A stretch of 16,951 nucleotides of DNA from a virus: the IMG/VR virus record IMGVR_UViG_3300029887_000063. One strand, written 5' to 3'. Positions 15,172-16,951 of the stretch are shown here, piece by piece. Below the pieces are notes generated by a model. It did no database searches. It saw nothing but the letters and a program-made list of their open reading frames with translations, and had not been told where the DNA came from. Numbering within the stretch: the stretch's first letter is position 1; each line of letters opens with the position of its first letter. The position numbers and the translations under genes are program-made.

Positions 15172-15334
15172 GATTTGCGCTCCTAGCCTATCGGTGTTAC
15201 TGTCTGGAACTGGCTTCATTCCGCCGATTGGTGGAGCGCCGCGCCCTTGCCGGCGCGGCTTTTTTTATTTGGGTTGGGGATACGAAATCGGTGGGCGCGG
15301 GGTGTCCCTTGACCATGGCCGTTTAAAAAACCGG
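15172..15334. promoter_or_regulatory. Probable cos (packaging recognition/cleavage) region
   Basis: This 163-bp non-coding gap lies between the HNH gene and terS, the position cos occupies in HK97-like HNH-dependent phages. It contains a GC hairpin, an A/T tract and G-rich runs (ggttgggga...ggtgggcgcggggtgtccc). The exact ends cannot be called. Confidence 0.45.
15238..15266 (+). terminator. Canonical intrinsic-terminator structure oriented on the + strand (antisense to the operon)
   Basis: An 8-bp GC stem GCCGCGCC (15238..15245) pairs with GGCGCGGC (15252..15259) around a 6-nt loop. Seven T follow (15260..15266). On the minus strand the run precedes the hairpin as A7 and no U-tract follows. 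Confidence 0.6.
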
Positions 15335-16060
15335 CTACCATCGCGGCCGCGCCGACACGGCCGGCGGCGAAGACGGGCCGTCGATCAGGCGAAGCCGCGA
15401 AAGCTGCGTGCGCCGCGTCTCCAGCATCCCGTCCACCTTCGCTTGCGTGATGCCGAGCCGGCGCCATCGCTTCAGCAGCTCCACGTCTTCACGGCCACGC
15501 CGGCACTCGGCCATGCGCCCGCGCAACAGCTGGTCGTCGGCGTCCAGGACCACCACGTCATAGTTCAACGCGATCCACTCGGCCAGCATGTTCGGACTGT
15601 TGCGGGACGTCGGCAGCGCACGCACCAGCCACACATGCCTGGCCGTGACCATGCGGGACACACGCCGGTACGCGCTGCCCCACAACGTATCGGCCAGCGC
15701 GTGCGCCTCGCTGCCGCCGTCCACGCACGCGACCGCCAGCCTCGACGGGTCCACCACGATATCGCCCGGCGCCATGTGGTCGCGCACATACGCGGTCTTG
15801 CCCACGCATGGCGGGCCTATCACGGCCGTGACCTGCGCGCCGAAGCCGGACACCACACGATCCGCGCGCAACGAATTGCAGTGCTTGCACGCCGGCCGAA
15901 GATTGCTCGGAACGGTCGGGCCGTAGAGACTGTAAGGCTTCACGTGGTCCATGGTCTCCGTGCCCCTGTGCGTGCATCCCGGCATGTCCAGCCAACAATC
16001 GGAGCCGAACGTGAGCAGCACTTGCGCGGCCATGTTCGGCGGCACCCTCTTGCGCTTCAT
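15335..16060 (-). CDS. HNH endonuclease fused to a P-loop NTPase/kinase-like (AAA_33/zeta-like) domain, 241 aa
   Basis: The ATG at 16060 overlaps the upstream stop (ATGA) after GGGGAAGAGG. The HNH block is CWLDMPGCTHRGTETMDHVKPYSLYGPTVPSNLRPACKHCNSLRADR. It is followed by Walker A VIGPPCVGKTAYV, VWLVRALP, and VVVLDADDQLLRGRMAECRRGRED. Confidence 0.8.
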   Translation of the reverse strand: MKRKRVPPNMAAQVLLTFGSDCWLDMPGCTHRGTETMDHVKPYSLYGPTVPSNLRPACKHCNSLRADRVVSGFGAQVTAVIGPPCVGKTAYVRDHMAPGDIVVDPSRLAVACVDGGSEAHALADTLWGSAYRRVSRMVTARHVWLVRALPTSRNSPNMLAEWIALNYDVVVLDADDQLLRGRMAECRRGREDVELLKRWRRLGITQAKVDGMLETRRTQLSRLRLIDGPSSPPAVSARPRW

Positions 16061-16227
16061 TGCCTCTTCCCCATCCACTTGTTCACATCGTCCACGAGAT
16101 ACACCACGCGGCCCTCCAACATGTACCACTTCGGCCCACGGCCCTGCTTGCGCCACATGTAGAGCGTCTGACCGGACTTGCCCAGGAACTCGGCCAGCTC
16201 ACGCGCATACAGGAAACGACGGCCCAT
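16057..16227 (-). CDS. Xis/AlpA/MerR-superfamily (HTH_17) DNA-binding protein, 56 aa
   Basis: The pattern is MGRRFLYARELAEFLGKSGQTLYMWRKQGRGPKWYMLEGRVVYLVDDVNKWM. The ATG at 16227 shares one base with the upstream stop (TGATG). Confidence 0.75.
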   Translation of the reverse strand: MGRRFLYARELAEFLGKSGQTLYMWRKQGRGPKWYMLEGRVVYLVDDVNKWMGKRQ

Positions 16228-16586
16228 CAGTGGCACCACGCCTTCAACGACTGGAGCAGGTCGGCACGGTCGAAGACAAGACGGCCACCCACACGCTTCG
16301 GCTTGAGCACGATGCCCTCGCTAATCAACTGCTGCATGGCATGGTCGCCGTCCGCGTCGGTCGTCGGGCTGATGTGATCCAGCTTCAAAATCCTGATGAC
16401 GATGGAACGCTCCACGGTGTCCGTGCCGGTGGTGTCATACTCCAGCTTCGGAAGATTCCATTTCACCGCGTTCTTCATGTCCTTGGCACGGATGGCCTTG
16501 CTGGTCACATGCTCACGACGATACTTCTTCTTGACCTTCCTGCGTTTGCGTTCCTCGGTAGAAATGTAATCAACTGCATAGCCCAT
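16227..16586 (-). CDS. 119-aa basic protein with an excisionase-like C-terminal wHTH (candidate RDF or late regulator)
   Basis: I place the start at internal ATG 16586. Codons upstream of it in ORF 16227..16892 are rich in rare A/T-ending codons (ATA, CTA, AGA, ACT, TAT, TCA). The protein has a Lys/Arg-rich N-terminus, and its C-terminus LISEGIVLKPKRVGGRLVFDRADLLQSLKAW resembles Xis-type wings. Confidence 0.5.
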   Translation of the reverse strand: MGYAVDYISTEERKRRKVKKKYRREHVTSKAIRAKDMKNAVKWNLPKLEYDTTGTDTVERSIVIRILKLDHISPTTDADGDHAMQQLISEGIVLKPKRVGGRLVFDRADLLQSLKAWCH

Positions 16587-16852
16587 GATGTTGTCCCCAA
16601 TCTGTGAGTAGGTGAGTGGATAAGTCTTGTGGATGAAACGTCTTGTGTATTTCGGATGGAAGGAGGTTAGAGCGGGGAACCCTATAGCGGAAAACAGGAA
16701 GCCAAAAGGCCTCATGAATTCCAAAGGGTTCCCGCATGTGAAGCATTTCGGCATGGTGCCAAGGCCGTCGCATGTGGTCAGCGGCGCAATGCCGCGACGA
16801 AGGTCTGGACGCGCAGCGCTGGCCGTGGCCAGCCGATGGTGCCGCTTTCGTC
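16587..16852. promoter_or_regulatory. Non-coding leader of the long minus-strand operon (continues across the circular junction into 1..173)
   Basis: No convincing ORF is present. GC drops at 16590..16700. A direct repeat GTCTTGTG sits at 16624..16631 and 16640..16647, 40-60 bp upstream of the first operon gene. Confidence 0.5.
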
Positions 16853-16951
16853 CCTGGGAACACGCCACACGCCCATAGCTGTAAACCCGCACGCCTCCCC
16901 GCTAGGGACGCTTCAACCACCACGCCACACGTGGTGTGTTTGTAACGCGCT
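16853..16951. repeat. Right copy of the exact 99-bp direct terminal repeat
   Basis: Identical to 1-99. The window ends exactly where the identity would continue. Confidence 0.95.

Larger units (their letters stand above)
1..16852. mobile_element. Complete, circularly closed genome of a small temperate HK97-like siphovirus (unit length 16,852 bp)
   Basis: The exact 99-bp terminal repeat closes the circle. The content is a full integrase/attP/switch module plus packaging, head, tail and lysis modules. Almost every gene junction is an ATGA/GTGA-type overlap. Confidence 0.8.

Noticed and set aside
16227-16892. 221-aa version of the first operon gene, and the + strand ORF 16627..16878
   Set aside because: The region 16587..16892 uses many rare A/T-ending codons and has no plausible RBS. 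The GGAGG there abuts the GTG with a 1-nt spacer. The region also overlaps the repeat-rich non-coding leader. The + ORF likewise lacks an RBS and has an implausible composition.
1-16951. CRISPR arrays, rRNA genes or transposase/IS elements
   Set aside because: I saw no regularly spaced repeat-spacer pattern, no rRNA-like conserved blocks, and no DDE or serine transposase motifs. The only recombinase is the tyrosine integrase.

Overview
The window is one self-contained mobile genome. Bases 1-99 recur exactly at 16853-16951, so the sequence closes into a 16,852-bp circle. I read it as a very compact temperate HK97-like siphovirus of a high-GC Gram-positive host. The host assignment (actinobacterial, possibly Bifidobacterium-like) is inference from composition and from the tRNA-type attachment site. 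Nearly all of 16586 down to 3069 on the minus strand is one tightly overlapped operon. In order it encodes two Xis/AlpA-like wHTH proteins, an HNH endonuclease fused to a P-loop kinase-like domain, a probable cos region, terS, terL and portal. These are followed by a fused prohead protease-major capsid protein, a gp6-like connector, neck and tail-tube proteins, G/GT tail chaperones with a canonical -1 slippery site, and the tape measure. Two distal tail proteins and a lysis cassette (membrane protein, amidase endolysin, 2-TM holin) complete it. The remaining ~3 kb has visibly lower GC and holds the lysogeny and accessory region. It contains a tyrosine integrase, an attP that mimics a tRNA 3' end inside a 26-bp perfect palindrome, a divergent pair of small HTH regulators, an isolated membrane-anchored 203-aa gene, and a coupled operon of three tiny genes including a 40-aa hydrophobic peptide. 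No replication gene is recognisable anywhere. The main leads are the replication-less minimal phage architecture, the HNH-kinase fusion, the palindromic tRNA-mimic attP, the accessory genes beside the switch, and several unexplained non-coding structures. Those structures are a wrong-way terminator in the cos region, phased 10-bp repeats between terL and portal, and a repeat-rich 439-bp gap across the circular junction. All functional calls come from reading motifs in the translations by eye. No database search was run.
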